Shown: positions 10,427 to 21,102, counted from the stretch's first letter. The stretch: DNA of 64,000 nt from Leptospiraceae bacterium (GCA_040217195.1 JAVJNR010000003.1:704001-768000); one strand, 5' to 3'. Translations and numbers: made by a program. Notes: generated from the sequence alone by a model not told the origin.

Positions 10427-10819
10427 ATGGAACTTGATCTTGTAAGCTATTTGAAAGAGGGACCGACGATGGCTCTCGTAGGCGCTACGAACAACTCAAC
10501 AAAGTTCGGAAATATAATCTTCCGGGACATGGTCTCCAAAGGCTATGAGATCATTCCCATCAATCCTCGGGCAACCACGGTTAACGATGTTCAGGCCTAT
10601 CCGGATCTGGCCACTGCGAACCAGCAGCATGATCTGGACCTGCTGGTTTATGTTGTACCTCCGAAGCATACACTGGAGAGCCTGAAAGAGGCTCATGAAC
10701 TGGGTCTTAAACGGGTCTGGATTCAGCCCGGAGCGGGAAATCCAGACGTGCGAAACTACCTGAATGAAAATGGGTTTGAGTATTTGATGGATGCATGTGT
10801 AATGGTCGAAACCCGATAA
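10427..10819 (+). CDS. CoA-binding protein (YccU-like)
   Basis: ALVGAT, IPINP, VWIQPG, DACVMV; start at ATG 10427. Confidence 0.9.
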   Translation: MELDLVSYLKEGPTMALVGATNNSTKFGNIIFRDMVSKGYEIIPINPRATTVNDVQAYPDLATANQQHDLDLLVYVVPPKHTLESLKEAHELGLKRVWIQPGAGNPDVRNYLNENGFEYLMDACVMVETR

Positions 10820-10861
10820 CAATTGCGGGCTTTTTTAATTACCCCATGTAAAGGACCAATC

Positions 10862-11614
10862 ATGAAGTTTAGCTCCAGGAGCCTAATTGCTCTTTCTCTA
10901 GTATCCCTTTCTTTTTTCCTCCAATGTGGTGCAGAAGTTCCCGATAGAAAAGGAATGTTTGCAGTTATTCATACCGACAAAGGTCAGCTTGTTGTGGAGC
11001 TATTCCCGGAAGCGGCCCCTAAAACCGTTGAGAACTTTGTAAAGCTGTCCAATGACGGCTTCTACGATGGTATCATCTTTCACCGGGTGATACCTCAATT
11101 CATGGCACAAACAGGAGATCCCGAGGGCACCGGACGGGGCGGACCTGGTTACAAATTCGAAGATGAGATTAGCGCGAAAGCCCTGGGCCTGGATGAACAG
11201 AAAGCCGGCGAAACAGGATACTACAATCGCCAGATCAGTCAGATAGCTATAGATCAGCTGGGGATCACCAGCCAGCAGGAGTTCAATCAGCGCCAGAATG
11301 AAGTTCAACGCGAAACAGATAAGCTAAGCCAAAAAAGCGCTGAGGAAATACTGAAAATGGTGGGTTATTCCTATAATAACGAGCTACCATCGATTCCGGG
11401 CAAGAAAGGGACCCTGGGGATGGCAAATTCTGGCCCCAATACCAATGGCTCCCAATTCTTTATAAACCAGGTGGAAACGCCGCATCTGAACGGACTTCAT
11501 ACCTTCTTTGGACAGCTTGAGGATGAAAGTTTTCCAGTTCTAAATGAGATTATCGCTGCCGGTAATGGGAACTCCAAAATCGAAAGTATTGAAATCGTAG
11601 ATAAACGACAGTAA
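10862..11614 (+). CDS. Cyclophilin-type peptidyl-prolyl isomerase, predicted lipoprotein
   Basis: APKTVENF, FYDG..FHRVI..FMAQTGDP.GTG.GGPGY, MANSGPNTNGSQFFI; lipobox SFFLQC. Confidence 0.93.
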   Translation: MKFSSRSLIALSLVSLSFFLQCGAEVPDRKGMFAVIHTDKGQLVVELFPEAAPKTVENFVKLSNDGFYDGIIFHRVIPQFMAQTGDPEGTGRGGPGYKFEDEISAKALGLDEQKAGETGYYNRQISQIAIDQLGITSQQEFNQRQNEVQRETDKLSQKSAEEILKMVGYSYNNELPSIPGKKGTLGMANSGPNTNGSQFFINQVETPHLNGLHTFFGQLEDESFPVLNEIIAAGNGNSKIESIEIVDKRQ

Positions 11615-11751
11615 TAGTCAATTCAATCTTTGACCCGGGCCTCGTCGGTAATCTACTGACGGGGCTGCCCTTCGCATTCCCTCCCTTTCTCTTTCCTACC
11701 CTTCCAACTTTCGAATAGAGGGCTTGCAGGCAGCGAAACAGACACAGGACC

Positions 11752-12147
11752 ATGGAAACACTGCTCTTACAGCATTATTTCTTTCAGGTATTTCACATCT
11801 GTCTTATTCTATTTAATCTTTTTGGCTGGGCATGGAGAAAGACGCTGCGCTGGAACCTATTCACCCTGCTATTGACTGCAGGCAGCTGGATTCTACTGGC
11901 ACCATTTTATGGACTGGGATATTGCCCACTTACAGACTGGCATTATCAAATTCTCTGGAAACTGGGCCACCTGGACCTACCCCGATCTTACATTGCCTAC
12001 CTGGTGCAGTCCGTTTCGGGAATTCGCCCGAACCCGGCACTCACTGATTTTATGACAGGCACTCTATTCTCCATGGCCCTGGTCACCAGTATAGCTCGAA
12101 ATCTGTGGACCAGCAGAAAAGAGGCTAGAAGTGATACTGCAGATTAA
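11752..12147 (+). CDS. DUF2784-family membrane protein
   Basis: H..(L)ILFNLFGW and GYCPLTDW motifs. Confidence 0.8.
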   Translation: METLLLQHYFFQVFHICLILFNLFGWAWRKTLRWNLFTLLLTAGSWILLAPFYGLGYCPLTDWHYQILWKLGHLDLPRSYIAYLVQSVSGIRPNPALTDFMTGTLFSMALVTSIARNLWTSRKEARSDTAD

Positions 12148-12207
12148 TCAGCGAAAGCCACACCGGGCTTATTTCTTACTGATTCGCATTCGCCTCTTAC
12201 TCTGGAC

Positions 12208-13782
12208 TCAGAGTAATCTTCCCTGATTATCATCACCAAAGCGCTCCAGGTATTTCTTGAGTTTCACCTTCTTTCGCGTCTGCTCGGAAGTCATATAGCG
12301 AATCTTGCCGAATACTGGCCGCTCCTGCCAGGGCCGGTCAAATCGACCGAATACCCAGAATACGCCGCTGTAGCTATTTGGATTACGGCCATCGATGCTG
12401 TACTTGTTGTTCAGATGAAGAGTAATCTCCAGAGCTTCTCGGGGGCTCTTAGTCCATTCCAGAATCTTTTTTCCCCAGAGCATTCGCAAATAGTTATGAA
12501 TGATCCCGGTTTGCCTGAGCTGTCTCTGAGCCGCATTCCAGATTTCATCGTGTGTCTTTGCATTCTCCAGTGCTTCTGCCGAATAGATGTGTTCTCTGGG
12601 ATCCGAAGCATGCTCTAACAGTGTCCTTCGCGCCCAGTCAGGTAATGATTCGAATTGGTCAAAATCAGGTCGGTGGAAACAAAAATGATAACCGGTTTCT
12701 CTCCAGGTTAAAGCCTCATCCAGGAATGCATCCACTTCCGGAGGTCCGGGGAAAAACCCTCTGGATCCGTTATTGTAGATGAGTCCCTTCCACGAATCAT
12801 TCAGATCATATCTATCAAATACAGACTGAACAACCTCATGAATGCTTATCCTTCCAAAGTGCAGATAGGCCGATAGTCCGCTAGTGGCTGCTGCATCTGG
12901 ATCATTTCTTTGCTCCGTATAACTTGACATGGAAGAAACGAATCCCTGCATTCGCTTCATCGCCTCTCGTCGGCTACCAGACTGTACAATCCCCACCGAT
13001 TCATCCAGACGCAATGGGCTTAGAAGGGAGGCAGAGGCCTGCCCCCTCCAGTTTTCCAGAAGTCTTGACGTTGATTTGAGGCCCTCCTTCTGAAGTTTCG
13101 TCAGCGGTAGCTCCAGTGTCAGAGAGTGCTTTTGCTTTCGCATGGATAATGGCTTCTGTAAGGGGAAGTCCTGGTAGCAGGATGCAAATTTCTTTTGAAG
13201 GATCTTTCTGAATAAATAGGCGGAATACGGATCAGTCTGGCTTTCCTTGAGCGGTATGACTCCGTTGGAATCCACAGTCAGAAATGCAGTTTTTGACTCC
13301 CGTAGCTTTTTCTCAAGTGCCCTATTTTGTTCCGGAACTATGAATACCGGGAACTCATCTGTTATCACACAGGATGCACTTTCGCACAGTGTTTTGAAGA
13401 ATCCCCGGCTCTGTTCAGCGGATTCTGGGACAAAAGGCAGATAATGGGCCGGTCCGGCCCCCTTGCCAACCAATCGTTTTCCGTCCTCAGTTAGTTGAAG
13501 TAGCCATTCTTTTTTCCGGAAAAATTCGAAATGATCAGCCATTCCGTCCAGGATGAAGCCGTGGAATCTGGGGCTTGCATGGGGGTAGTCTGGTCGCAGA
13601 CCTTCGTAAATTAGAAGAGGCTTATCAAGCTTCTCTGCGATATGACAGGCATGCTGCAATCCAAAATTAGACTCCAGCCGGCGATGCATCTGCATCCAGT
13701 AAACGACGTACTGACCACTGGAAGAGGGAGGGTATGTGGTGCGCTGAAATACTCGATTCTCTGGAGCCGGTTGCAAAGCCAT
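12208..13782 (-). CDS. phr: Deoxyribodipyrimidine photolyase, class II
   Basis: VVYWMQ..RR...N, SGLSAYLHFGRIS, THDEIWNAAQ, HNYLRMLWGKKILEW, DGRNPNSY. Confidence 0.93.
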   Translation of the reverse strand: MALQPAPENRVFQRTTYPPSSSGQYVVYWMQMHRRLESNFGLQHACHIAEKLDKPLLIYEGLRPDYPHASPRFHGFILDGMADHFEFFRKKEWLLQLTEDGKRLVGKGAGPAHYLPFVPESAEQSRGFFKTLCESASCVITDEFPVFIVPEQNRALEKKLRESKTAFLTVDSNGVIPLKESQTDPYSAYLFRKILQKKFASCYQDFPLQKPLSMRKQKHSLTLELPLTKLQKEGLKSTSRLLENWRGQASASLLSPLRLDESVGIVQSGSRREAMKRMQGFVSSMSSYTEQRNDPDAAATSGLSAYLHFGRISIHEVVQSVFDRYDLNDSWKGLIYNNGSRGFFPGPPEVDAFLDEALTWRETGYHFCFHRPDFDQFESLPDWARRTLLEHASDPREHIYSAEALENAKTHDEIWNAAQRQLRQTGIIHNYLRMLWGKKILEWTKSPREALEITLHLNNKYSIDGRNPNSYSGVFWVFGRFDRPWQERPVFGKIRYMTSEQTRKKVKLKKYLERFGDDNQGRLL

Positions 13783-14038
13783 GCTACAGTAAGCCAATTC
13801 GCCACTGTGTAGAAAAGTTAAATCGTTCTGGAATCGAGGACGAAGAAAGATACAGAAGAGGAAATTCCAAATGCAGGCTTGCTGGTAACCTGTGACAAAG
13901 ATGAGCACAGGATTCTGTGGCTTGATCTAAAACCAAATCACGTCACAGTGGAAAGTGAATGCAGACTCGGGGCTCTCTAAAGGGTTCCAATGACAATTGT
14001 CTAGCCCCGAATCATGCACTCCTGCCTACCTGGCATAC

Positions 14039-15250
14039 CTAGTAGGGGCGAACAGGCCGGCCCGATATCTTTTCCAGTTCGGGATCAGATAGCCCTTCCG
14101 GATTGCGGCCAAAGCTCATACCCATGGTTTCATAGATCCGAACTTCCTTTTCATCCACCAGCCGTTGAACAATAGCTTCTTTGGTATCCATATAATTGAT
14201 CTTTCCATCGTTGTAGCCAGCTACCGTAACGCCGAAGATACCCTGACTGGCCAGATAGAATGCACCTGCCCCTGCTTCCAGACCAAAGGCAGCATCGATT
14301 GGAGTTGTGAATCCACATCGCACCAGGTGACCTGGTCGTACTTCTCGAACTTCAGGAATCTCGTAGACACCTTCCACAAATTGACCGGTTCGAATCATGA
14401 AATCCTTGATTTCGGAATCTTCCTTAATTCTTTCCTCAATTTCCTTAACTACGTATTTTCCGGCACCCATTAACTTCTGGTGTCCAAAAGAATCCACTGG
14501 AGAATTCTCATCTACCAGCTCCTTTCCAGAAGCATCTCTCAAACCTTCAGCAACAAGAACCATTGCACTACCGGCTCGCACGTCGCTCAGTTCAACACGA
14601 TGCATAAATCGCTTCTTAAGGAATTCATAAAGATAATCAAAGTCCACTGGAAGCTCGGGAATAAGTACAGCATCCGCCTGGGCTGCCACGCCTCCCCGAA
14701 AAGCGGTATGACCGGCGTAACGACCAAATACTTCCATTACGATAATTCGATTATGGGTTTGACCGGTGGTCCGTAAATCCCGGGCAAATTCGGCTATGCG
14801 ATTAATGGTGGAATCTCCACCCACCGAATAAGTCATCAGGTCCAGGTCCATGGTCTTGGGCACATGCAAACAGGGAATACCTTTGTCTGCCAGGTCGGCC
14901 ACCACGGATCCTGTATCGTCGCCGCCCGCGATTACTACGGCTTCTATGCCAAATTTTTCCAGGCCCTTCCTTATACGTTCGTACTTATTGTCATCCTTGA
15001 TCTTTGCAATTTTAACCCGGGAGTTGCCGGCTTCACTGCCAGCAAGATAGACAGCAATTTCCGCCAACCTGTCTTCGGTAAGTTCCGTTAGTCCGGGAAG
15101 GTCCACAAGATTGTACAATCCTGCATATCCATTAGGAATTACAAATGTCCTGGTGCCGCGTTGTAGTGCGGTGAGAGCAACTCCGCGAATCACTCCATTT
15201 AGGCCCCCGCAATCTCCGCCGGAGGTGAGTACAGCGATTTTCTTCAGCAT
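14039..15250 (-). CDS. pfkA: 6-phosphofructokinase, PfkA superfamily, probably PPi-dependent
   Basis: TSGGDCGGLN, GGDD, PKTMD, EVFGRYAG, LIPE. Confidence 0.92.
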   Translation of the reverse strand: MLKKIAVLTSGGDCGGLNGVIRGVALTALQRGTRTFVIPNGYAGLYNLVDLPGLTELTEDRLAEIAVYLAGSEAGNSRVKIAKIKDDNKYERIRKGLEKFGIEAVVIAGGDDTGSVVADLADKGIPCLHVPKTMDLDLMTYSVGGDSTINRIAEFARDLRTTGQTHNRIIVMEVFGRYAGHTAFRGGVAAQADAVLIPELPVDFDYLYEFLKKRFMHRVELSDVRAGSAMVLVAEGLRDASGKELVDENSPVDSFGHQKLMGAGKYVVKEIEERIKEDSEIKDFMIRTGQFVEGVYEIPEVREVRPGHLVRCGFTTPIDAAFGLEAGAGAFYLASQGIFGVTVAGYNDGKINYMDTKEAIVQRLVDEKEVRIYETMGMSFGRNPEGLSDPELEKISGRPVRPY

Positions 15251-15426
15251 GGCGGTAACGTGGGTGGAGCTTCCGTAGATTCAACCATTATTCGAATCCC
15301 GGTCCATAGATTCCTCCTTCGGAACAAAAGGATGTATAACAGATTAGTTGCGATAAAGCCCGGCAATTGTCCCTGCTCGCTGCGCTGCTCCGGCAATCAG
15401 AAAACAAGTGTCCTGTGACGATTTCG

Positions 15427-15480
15427 GAGATGCTGGAATCGTTGGAGATGCTGGAATTGTTAGAGATGCTGGATATGGTA
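15427..15480. repeat. Intergenic tandem repeat, 3 x 18 bp (GAGATGCTGGAATYGTTR)
   Basis: GAGATGCTGGAATCGTTG / GAGATGCTGGAATTGTTA / GAGATGCTGGATATGGTA, read directly. Confidence 0.9.
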
Positions 15481-15539
15481 GAACTGCCCGAAAGTCTTCT
15501 CTCTCAGAGGGGTCTCCTGGAGGGGAATTTCGATGATTC

Positions 15540-17330
15540 TTATTGGGGAATTTCCACACCATATTTGGTGAGTCGTTTTTCAATGCCCTGGATTTCTGAT
15601 TTAAGCCTGGGTATGGATGCTAGAGTCCTTACCAGCTCATCGTCTCTAAAAATGTACAGATAATTGTACAGGTTCATTACAATGGTTTCCAGAGCTTCGT
15701 CGATTCGCATTCCGTTTAACCGGGTGCTTCCGGCAAGAATGCGATCATGCATTGGGATAAATCGAATGGAAGGCTCCAGAATTTCAATAGGATAGGTCTT
15801 GGTCCTGAGCAAATTGTCACTGGCCTTTTTATTCGCCTCTTTTTCCACCGCCTGCTCATGGTTATGAAGTACCAGCCGCAGACTGGCCACGGTTCTACGA
15901 AACAATTTGTTGGCCCGAGCCACCACATGAGCGAACCCAGCAATCATAGCATCTTTGCTACCAGCTTTAAGACCTGCGATGTAAGCTTGAAATGTGAAAG
16001 TGGTATTCTTATATTTGCGAAGGAACTCTTCCATTTCCCGGTGCACGCCCAGACTTTCATCTGCTTCCAGTTTAAAGAGTCCCGATTTAAACAAAATTCC
16101 ATCCCCTACTCCACCGGTCTCATGATCCACCTGCACCGTTCCGGTAAGAAGACTTAAAACGGTCATTTCATAGTCCGCCAGTAGCAGATGCATTAGCCGA
16201 TGGGGTTCAGATTTCTGGGCTTTGATGTAGTCCTGATTCATGCCCTTATCTGGCTGGGTTTTACGAATCACAGATCCCAGTATCTGATCCAGAAAATCCA
16301 CGGTTACTCTGCCATTGGAGTCAGTTTTAAAATAATTCTTTCTGACTTCCTGAATCTCTTCAATGGACTCTCGTCTGGTGCGAATCTCTTCTTTTAGTTT
16401 GGAAATCTTTTTATTGATTCGCTGCATTACCGAATCTGGAGCCCGGTACTCATCCATGACGGGCTCTTTGACTTTTAGCTCATCCAGCAGCTCCGGCCAA
16501 CCCAGGATCTTCTTTCGCTCCAGTGCGTATAGGGCCAAAAAGCAATCGGAAAGCTTGGGTCTGGTCTTTTCCAAACCTACCAGCTGCCTCATTACCTTTT
16601 CCGTTGGATTTGCCAGCTTAGAGATATCTTCGCTTCCTCCAACCCAGGGTGGAAACTCATCAACCAGCACCTTTTCCCAGCCTGGCATCTTTAATAGCTG
16701 CGAATACAATACCTGCGCTTTAAGTGTTTCCTGAATGATAGTAGCCGGACTGTCCTGCTTCTTGAATAGAACTGGAACTTTGATTAATTCCTGAAAGAAC
16801 TGATACGCACAAACCAGTACGTTGTATTTTTCAGGAGGAAAGGATTCCCAGGCATTGACTACTGCGAAACGAAAAGCCCGAATAGCAGATACAATGCTTT
16901 CCTCATCAAACTGATCAAAGACTCGGGGGACGGATTTAGATAATTTTAAATTAAGTGCAAGGAACCCGGAATCAAGAGTTCCGGTTCTCTCTCCCCACTT
17001 TGCCAGGTCGCCACCGAACAATGAAGTAAGGAAGCCCGGCTTGGCTGGCGCCGCTGATCCTTTCTTTGCAGGCGCTTTTTTGGCCGGTGCCTTTTTGCCG
17101 CCTGGGCTTCCGCCGCCGCGTCTGCGACCATCGCCCCCCCTGGTTTCAACCCCTCGGGAGCCACCACCTTCCCTTTCATCCACCTCTTCAATTCGCTTGA
17201 TACGAACGAAGATATCACTCACGTTCTTTACAATGTCATCCACCTGCTTCTGAGCGTCTGGAGATCGCTGCTTCTGATACAGCTCTCCAAAATACCGGTG
17301 CGCCTGGGATCGTGTTAACGTGGGATCCAT
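15540..17330 (-). CDS. Hypothetical all-helical protein with a Gly/Arg- and Lys/Ala/Pro-rich N-terminal linker
   Basis: 596-aa ORF; no family recognised; coiled-coil segments. Confidence 0.8.
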   Translation of the reverse strand: MDPTLTRSQAHRYFGELYQKQRSPDAQKQVDDIVKNVSDIFVRIKRIEEVDEREGGGSRGVETRGGDGRRRGGGSPGGKKAPAKKAPAKKGSAAPAKPGFLTSLFGGDLAKWGERTGTLDSGFLALNLKLSKSVPRVFDQFDEESIVSAIRAFRFAVVNAWESFPPEKYNVLVCAYQFFQELIKVPVLFKKQDSPATIIQETLKAQVLYSQLLKMPGWEKVLVDEFPPWVGGSEDISKLANPTEKVMRQLVGLEKTRPKLSDCFLALYALERKKILGWPELLDELKVKEPVMDEYRAPDSVMQRINKKISKLKEEIRTRRESIEEIQEVRKNYFKTDSNGRVTVDFLDQILGSVIRKTQPDKGMNQDYIKAQKSEPHRLMHLLLADYEMTVLSLLTGTVQVDHETGGVGDGILFKSGLFKLEADESLGVHREMEEFLRKYKNTTFTFQAYIAGLKAGSKDAMIAGFAHVVARANKLFRRTVASLRLVLHNHEQAVEKEANKKASDNLLRTKTYPIEILEPSIRFIPMHDRILAGSTRLNGMRIDEALETIVMNLYNYLYIFRDDELVRTLASIPRLKSEIQGIEKRLTKYGVEIPQ

Positions 17331-17461
17331 GGAGTTGGGTTCTATTCCGAAAAAAACTTCCTGATAAGCAAGTAAACAGGTTCAAGGTTCAACAAGTTCT
17401 GTCTAACTGTCACGTCAAATCCTGTGCTGAAAGCTGCAAATACCTGCAGTATGGATATCAA

Positions 17462-17490
17462 ATAAAAAAGCCCCCTGATTCAGGGGGCTT
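17462..17490 (-). terminator. Rho-independent terminator of etfBA
   Basis: AAGCCCCCTGA-T-TCAGGGGGCTT hairpin with a U-tract on the minus strand. Confidence 0.88.
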
Positions 17491-17525
17491 CTCGACCGCC
17501 CGGGGCGGCAGATAGTCGGCCTGGT

Positions 17526-18464
17526 TTAGCCCAGTACCTTTTTGAACTCGTCCGTAAGCGCTGGAACTACCTTGAAGAGGTCATCCACTACTCCATAGGT
17601 AGCCACTTTAAAGATAGGAGCATCCGGATCTTTGTTAATTGCAACAATGTACTTGGATGAACCCATCCCTGCCAGGTGTTGAATGGCACCGGAGATTCCG
17701 CAGGCGATGTAGCAATTGGGAGACACAGTCTTACCGGTCTGGCCCACCTGATGGGAGTGGGGAATCCAGCCTGCATCTACGGCTGCTCTAGAGGCGCCCA
17801 GTGCAGCTCCAATAGTATCGCAAAGAGCCTGCAGAAGTGGCCAGTTTTCCGGGCCCTTAATTCCACGACCGCCGGATACAATGATAGAGGCATCAGCCAG
17901 AGTTACGGTGCTTCCCGCAGAGGCATCCACATCCTTCAGCACATCCTTTACATCTCCGCCATTGCTTTCAGTGGCTTCGATCGTTTCAGGTCCTTTGTGA
18001 TCGGTTACTTCTTGAGAGTTAGGACGAATGGTAATTACCGCTGGAGACTTTAGCTTGATATTGGCGAAAGCTTTTCCTGAATAGATAGGCTTTTTAACTT
18101 CCACTTCATCGCCGCCGCCTTTAACTTCAACCACGTCGGCTACAGCCGTTCCATCCAGTGCGATTGCCAGACGACCGGCAAAATCTCGACCTTGAACGGA
18201 ATGAGGAACCAGAACAAACTTGGCACCTTTCTCTTTTGCAACTTCCGCTGCAATGTTCGTCCAGGCTTGAGGTGAGTAATCGGAAACGGTGGCTTTTACA
18301 ACCACATCGGCACCCGCGCCAAAGAGTTCCTTGGCATGATCATCGGTTCCGTTAATAAGTAGAGCGGTTACAGGTCCGCCGATTTTTTGACCGGCAGATA
18401 CCAGCTCTTTGGAGATTTTTTTCAGGGCATCGCCCTTGATTTCTGCTACTGCTAATACTGACAT
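17526..18464 (-). CDS. etfA: Electron transfer flavoprotein alpha subunit
   Basis: VSGGRG, GASRAAVDAGW, QVGQTGKTV.P, GISGAIQH, AINKDPDAPIF. Confidence 0.98.
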   Translation of the reverse strand: MSVLAVAEIKGDALKKISKELVSAGQKIGGPVTALLINGTDDHAKELFGAGADVVVKATVSDYSPQAWTNIAAEVAKEKGAKFVLVPHSVQGRDFAGRLAIALDGTAVADVVEVKGGGDEVEVKKPIYSGKAFANIKLKSPAVITIRPNSQEVTDHKGPETIEATESNGGDVKDVLKDVDASAGSTVTLADASIIVSGGRGIKGPENWPLLQALCDTIGAALGASRAAVDAGWIPHSHQVGQTGKTVSPNCYIACGISGAIQHLAGMGSSKYIVAINKDPDAPIFKVATYGVVDDLFKVVPALTDEFKKVLG

Positions 18465-18487
18465 TCTATTCTCCCTTTAATCGTGCC

Positions 18488-19249
18488 TTAGACGACTTTG
18501 GCCTCGTCACGGAGTAGTTTAACAAGCTCAGCGGCTTTAGCTTCAGGCTCTTCGCCTTCGATAATGCGACCTTCGGGACGTGCCGGAGGCATTTCCAGAG
18601 AGGTTACTTCGATTTTAGGAGGCTCAACTCCCAGAGAGGAAGCCTCAACGGTTTCAATCTGCTTTTTCTTCGCAGCCATAATTCCTTTCAGAGAAGGGTA
18701 GCGAGGATCGTTCAGATTCTTCGCAGCCGTAACGACTGCAGGCGAAGGAACTTCCATGTTGGCTGTTCCGCCTTCTACTTCGCGCTTGGCTTTTACAGTT
18801 CCGCCTTCCACGGAAAGCTCTACGGCATTGTTAATGCTGGCAGCTCCCATGAGCTGTGCTACCATAGTGGGCACCAGGGAAGAAGAAGAATCAATAGCCA
18901 CATGACCTGTGAGCACAACGTCAGGGGCCTGATCTTTCAGGTAGGCAGCCAACAAACGAGCTGCATAGCCAGTATCCAGGACGTTATAGGATTCATCTTT
19001 AATATGAACGGCCTTGTCAACACCCAGAGCATAGGAAGTACGCAGAGCTTCTACGCAGCGATCCGGTCCCAGGGATACAGCGGTGATCTCGCCGCCGGTC
19101 TTTTCGCGCAGACGAAGAGACTCCTCCAGAGCATGCTCATCGAACGGAGATACAATCCATTTAACTCCGCCTTCTACAATTGATGCGCCGGATACCTTAA
19201 TGGATGTTTCGGTATCGGGCACTTGTTTTACCAGTACGAAAATTTTCAT
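18488..19249 (-). CDS. etfB: Electron transfer flavoprotein beta subunit
   Basis: VKQVPDT, PFDEHALEE, PRYPSLKGIMAAKKK. Confidence 0.97.
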   Translation of the reverse strand: MKIFVLVKQVPDTETSIKVSGASIVEGGVKWIVSPFDEHALEESLRLREKTGGEITAVSLGPDRCVEALRTSYALGVDKAVHIKDESYNVLDTGYAARLLAAYLKDQAPDVVLTGHVAIDSSSSLVPTMVAQLMGAASINNAVELSVEGGTVKAKREVEGGTANMEVPSPAVVTAAKNLNDPRYPSLKGIMAAKKKQIETVEASSLGVEPPKIEVTSLEMPPARPEGRIIEGEEPEAKAAELVKLLRDEAKVV

Positions 19250-19458
19250 AAAGCAAGGGCTCCTTGAATTTTGCATCGTTCGGACAAGCCGAAGCAGTCG
19301 AACCGAAGGACAATTTTTGGGTTATTGGACTCGGGTCAATGAAATAAACCGCAGAGCCAAAGACTGTGCATGCGACAATTAAGGGGCAATGGATGGATAC
19401 TATTGCCGGGCCGAATCGATTTATGTCCCCCGGATTTGGTGCCCCTGTTCAGTCAGTT

Positions 19459-19800
19459 TTAGAGCTGGCCCGGGTATATATGTTTTAGGAGCTGAAGGCT
19501 GGTCAGGATTCCCGCTGCCACTCCCAGGAAATTAATGTCGGATCTCAGGAAGAAGCCAAAGAATATCAGCGGTACGAGCAGATGCATTAAGAAATAGTGA
19601 ATGGTGCACTCCAGCGGAATGCGACTCAAATCACCATCTCTAAAGACTCGGTGGATATGGCTTCTGTAGAAGTGGATGAGCCCTGCACTTTTCTCCTGAA
19701 CACTGGTCAAAGACCAGCGATAGTGCGTCTGGATCTGGTAGGACAGAAAGGCCAGAAGCGAAACCACAACGGCGGATATGATCAGACAAAGGCTACACAT
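19459..19800 (-). CDS. Small hypothetical membrane protein
   Basis: ORF with three hydrophobic segments filling an intergenic gap. Confidence 0.5.
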   Translation of the reverse strand: MCSLCLIISAVVVSLLAFLSYQIQTHYRWSLTSVQEKSAGLIHFYRSHIHRVFRDGDLSRIPLECTIHYFLMHLLVPLIFFGFFLRSDINFLGVAAGILTSLQLLKHIYPGQL

Positions 19801-19874
19801 GGTTGTTGCAGTAAAAAACCCGGAAGGATACAATTCTGATTGCGAGTATTTGCTGAAAAGAACAATCTGAAAAA

Positions 19875-21071
19875 ATGCAGACCTTGAATAGCCAAACCGC
19901 AGCCAACGACCTATTTAATCCTACTGAAGAGCATGCACAGCTACGAGAAATGGTGGAGAAATTCACCTGGCAAACCCTGGAAGGACAGGCCGCCGAGCAC
20001 GATGAGAAAGAAACGTTTAATAAAGATTTGTTTCATACCCTGGGCAGTGAACTGGGCATCTTTGGGCTAACCGTTTCTCCTGAATTCGGCGGAGCCGGCA
20101 TGGATCCTGTGGCCGAAGTAATCGTTCATGAAACCATGAGCATGGCAGATCCGGCCTTTACTTTGAGCTACCTTGCTCATGAAGTACTATTTGTTAACAA
20201 TCTCTTTGTTAGCGGCAATGAAGCTCAAAAGAAGAAATATCTGCCCGGGGTAATCAACGGAGAGAAAATTGGGGGCATGGGCATGACGGAACCCGGAGCA
20301 GGAACGGATGTTCTTGGGCTTCAGACCATGGCTCAAAAGAAATCCGATCGGTATGTACTGAATGGCTCCAAGCAATTCATTACCAATGGAAATGAAGGCG
20401 ATGTTTTTATCATATATGCAAAGATCGACGATAGAAGCAAAAGACAGATTACTTCCTTCCTGGTAGAATCCAGTTATTCCGGTTTTCGCGTAGGTAAGAA
20501 AGAGGAAAAGATGGGAATGAAGGCCTCCAGCACAACTGTGTTGCATTTCGACGATGTTGAAGTACCGGCCGAAAATCTGATTGGAACAGAAGACAAAGGC
20601 ACCAGTTCCATGATGCGAAATCTGGAAATCGAAAGAGTAACCCTTGCAGCCCAGTCCCTTGGAATTGCTCGGCGCTGCATTGATATGATGTGCCAGTATT
20701 CCATTCGGGACAGAAAAGCATTTGGTAAGCCTCTGATCGACCTGGGGCAGATTCAACGACTTGTTTCCGAGAGCTATGCTAAATGGGAGGCAGCCCGAGC
20801 ACTGGTTTACAATGTTGCAGCGAATATGGATCCAACCAGGCGCAACTCCCTGGGAGCAGCCAGTGCGAAGCTGGTAGCCACAGGCATGGCTGAAGAAGTG
20901 GCAAGAAATGCGATTCAGGTCCTTGGGGGCTACGGTTACATCCGCGAATATCCGGTAGAACGAATGCTAAGAGATGCGATCTTGCTTAGCATTGGTGGAG
21001 GCACCAATGAAGCTATGCAGAAGAATATTTCCGCCGATCTAAAACGTATGTATGAAAACCTGGGAGGTTAA
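19875..21071 (+). CDS. Acyl-CoA dehydrogenase (isovaleryl-CoA dehydrogenase-like)
   Basis: GMGMTEPGAGTD, LNGSKQFITN, KMGMKAS, AIQVLGGYGY, IGGGTNE; close to etfBA. Confidence 0.93.
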   Translation: MQTLNSQTAANDLFNPTEEHAQLREMVEKFTWQTLEGQAAEHDEKETFNKDLFHTLGSELGIFGLTVSPEFGGAGMDPVAEVIVHETMSMADPAFTLSYLAHEVLFVNNLFVSGNEAQKKKYLPGVINGEKIGGMGMTEPGAGTDVLGLQTMAQKKSDRYVLNGSKQFITNGNEGDVFIIYAKIDDRSKRQITSFLVESSYSGFRVGKKEEKMGMKASSTTVLHFDDVEVPAENLIGTEDKGTSSMMRNLEIERVTLAAQSLGIARRCIDMMCQYSIRDRKAFGKPLIDLGQIQRLVSESYAKWEAARALVYNVAANMDPTRRNSLGAASAKLVATGMAEEVARNAIQVLGGYGYIREYPVERMLRDAILLSIGGGTNEAMQKNISADLKRMYENLGG

Positions 21072-21102
21072 CTTGCCCGGTTTCTAAGCATTATGATTAG
21101 TT

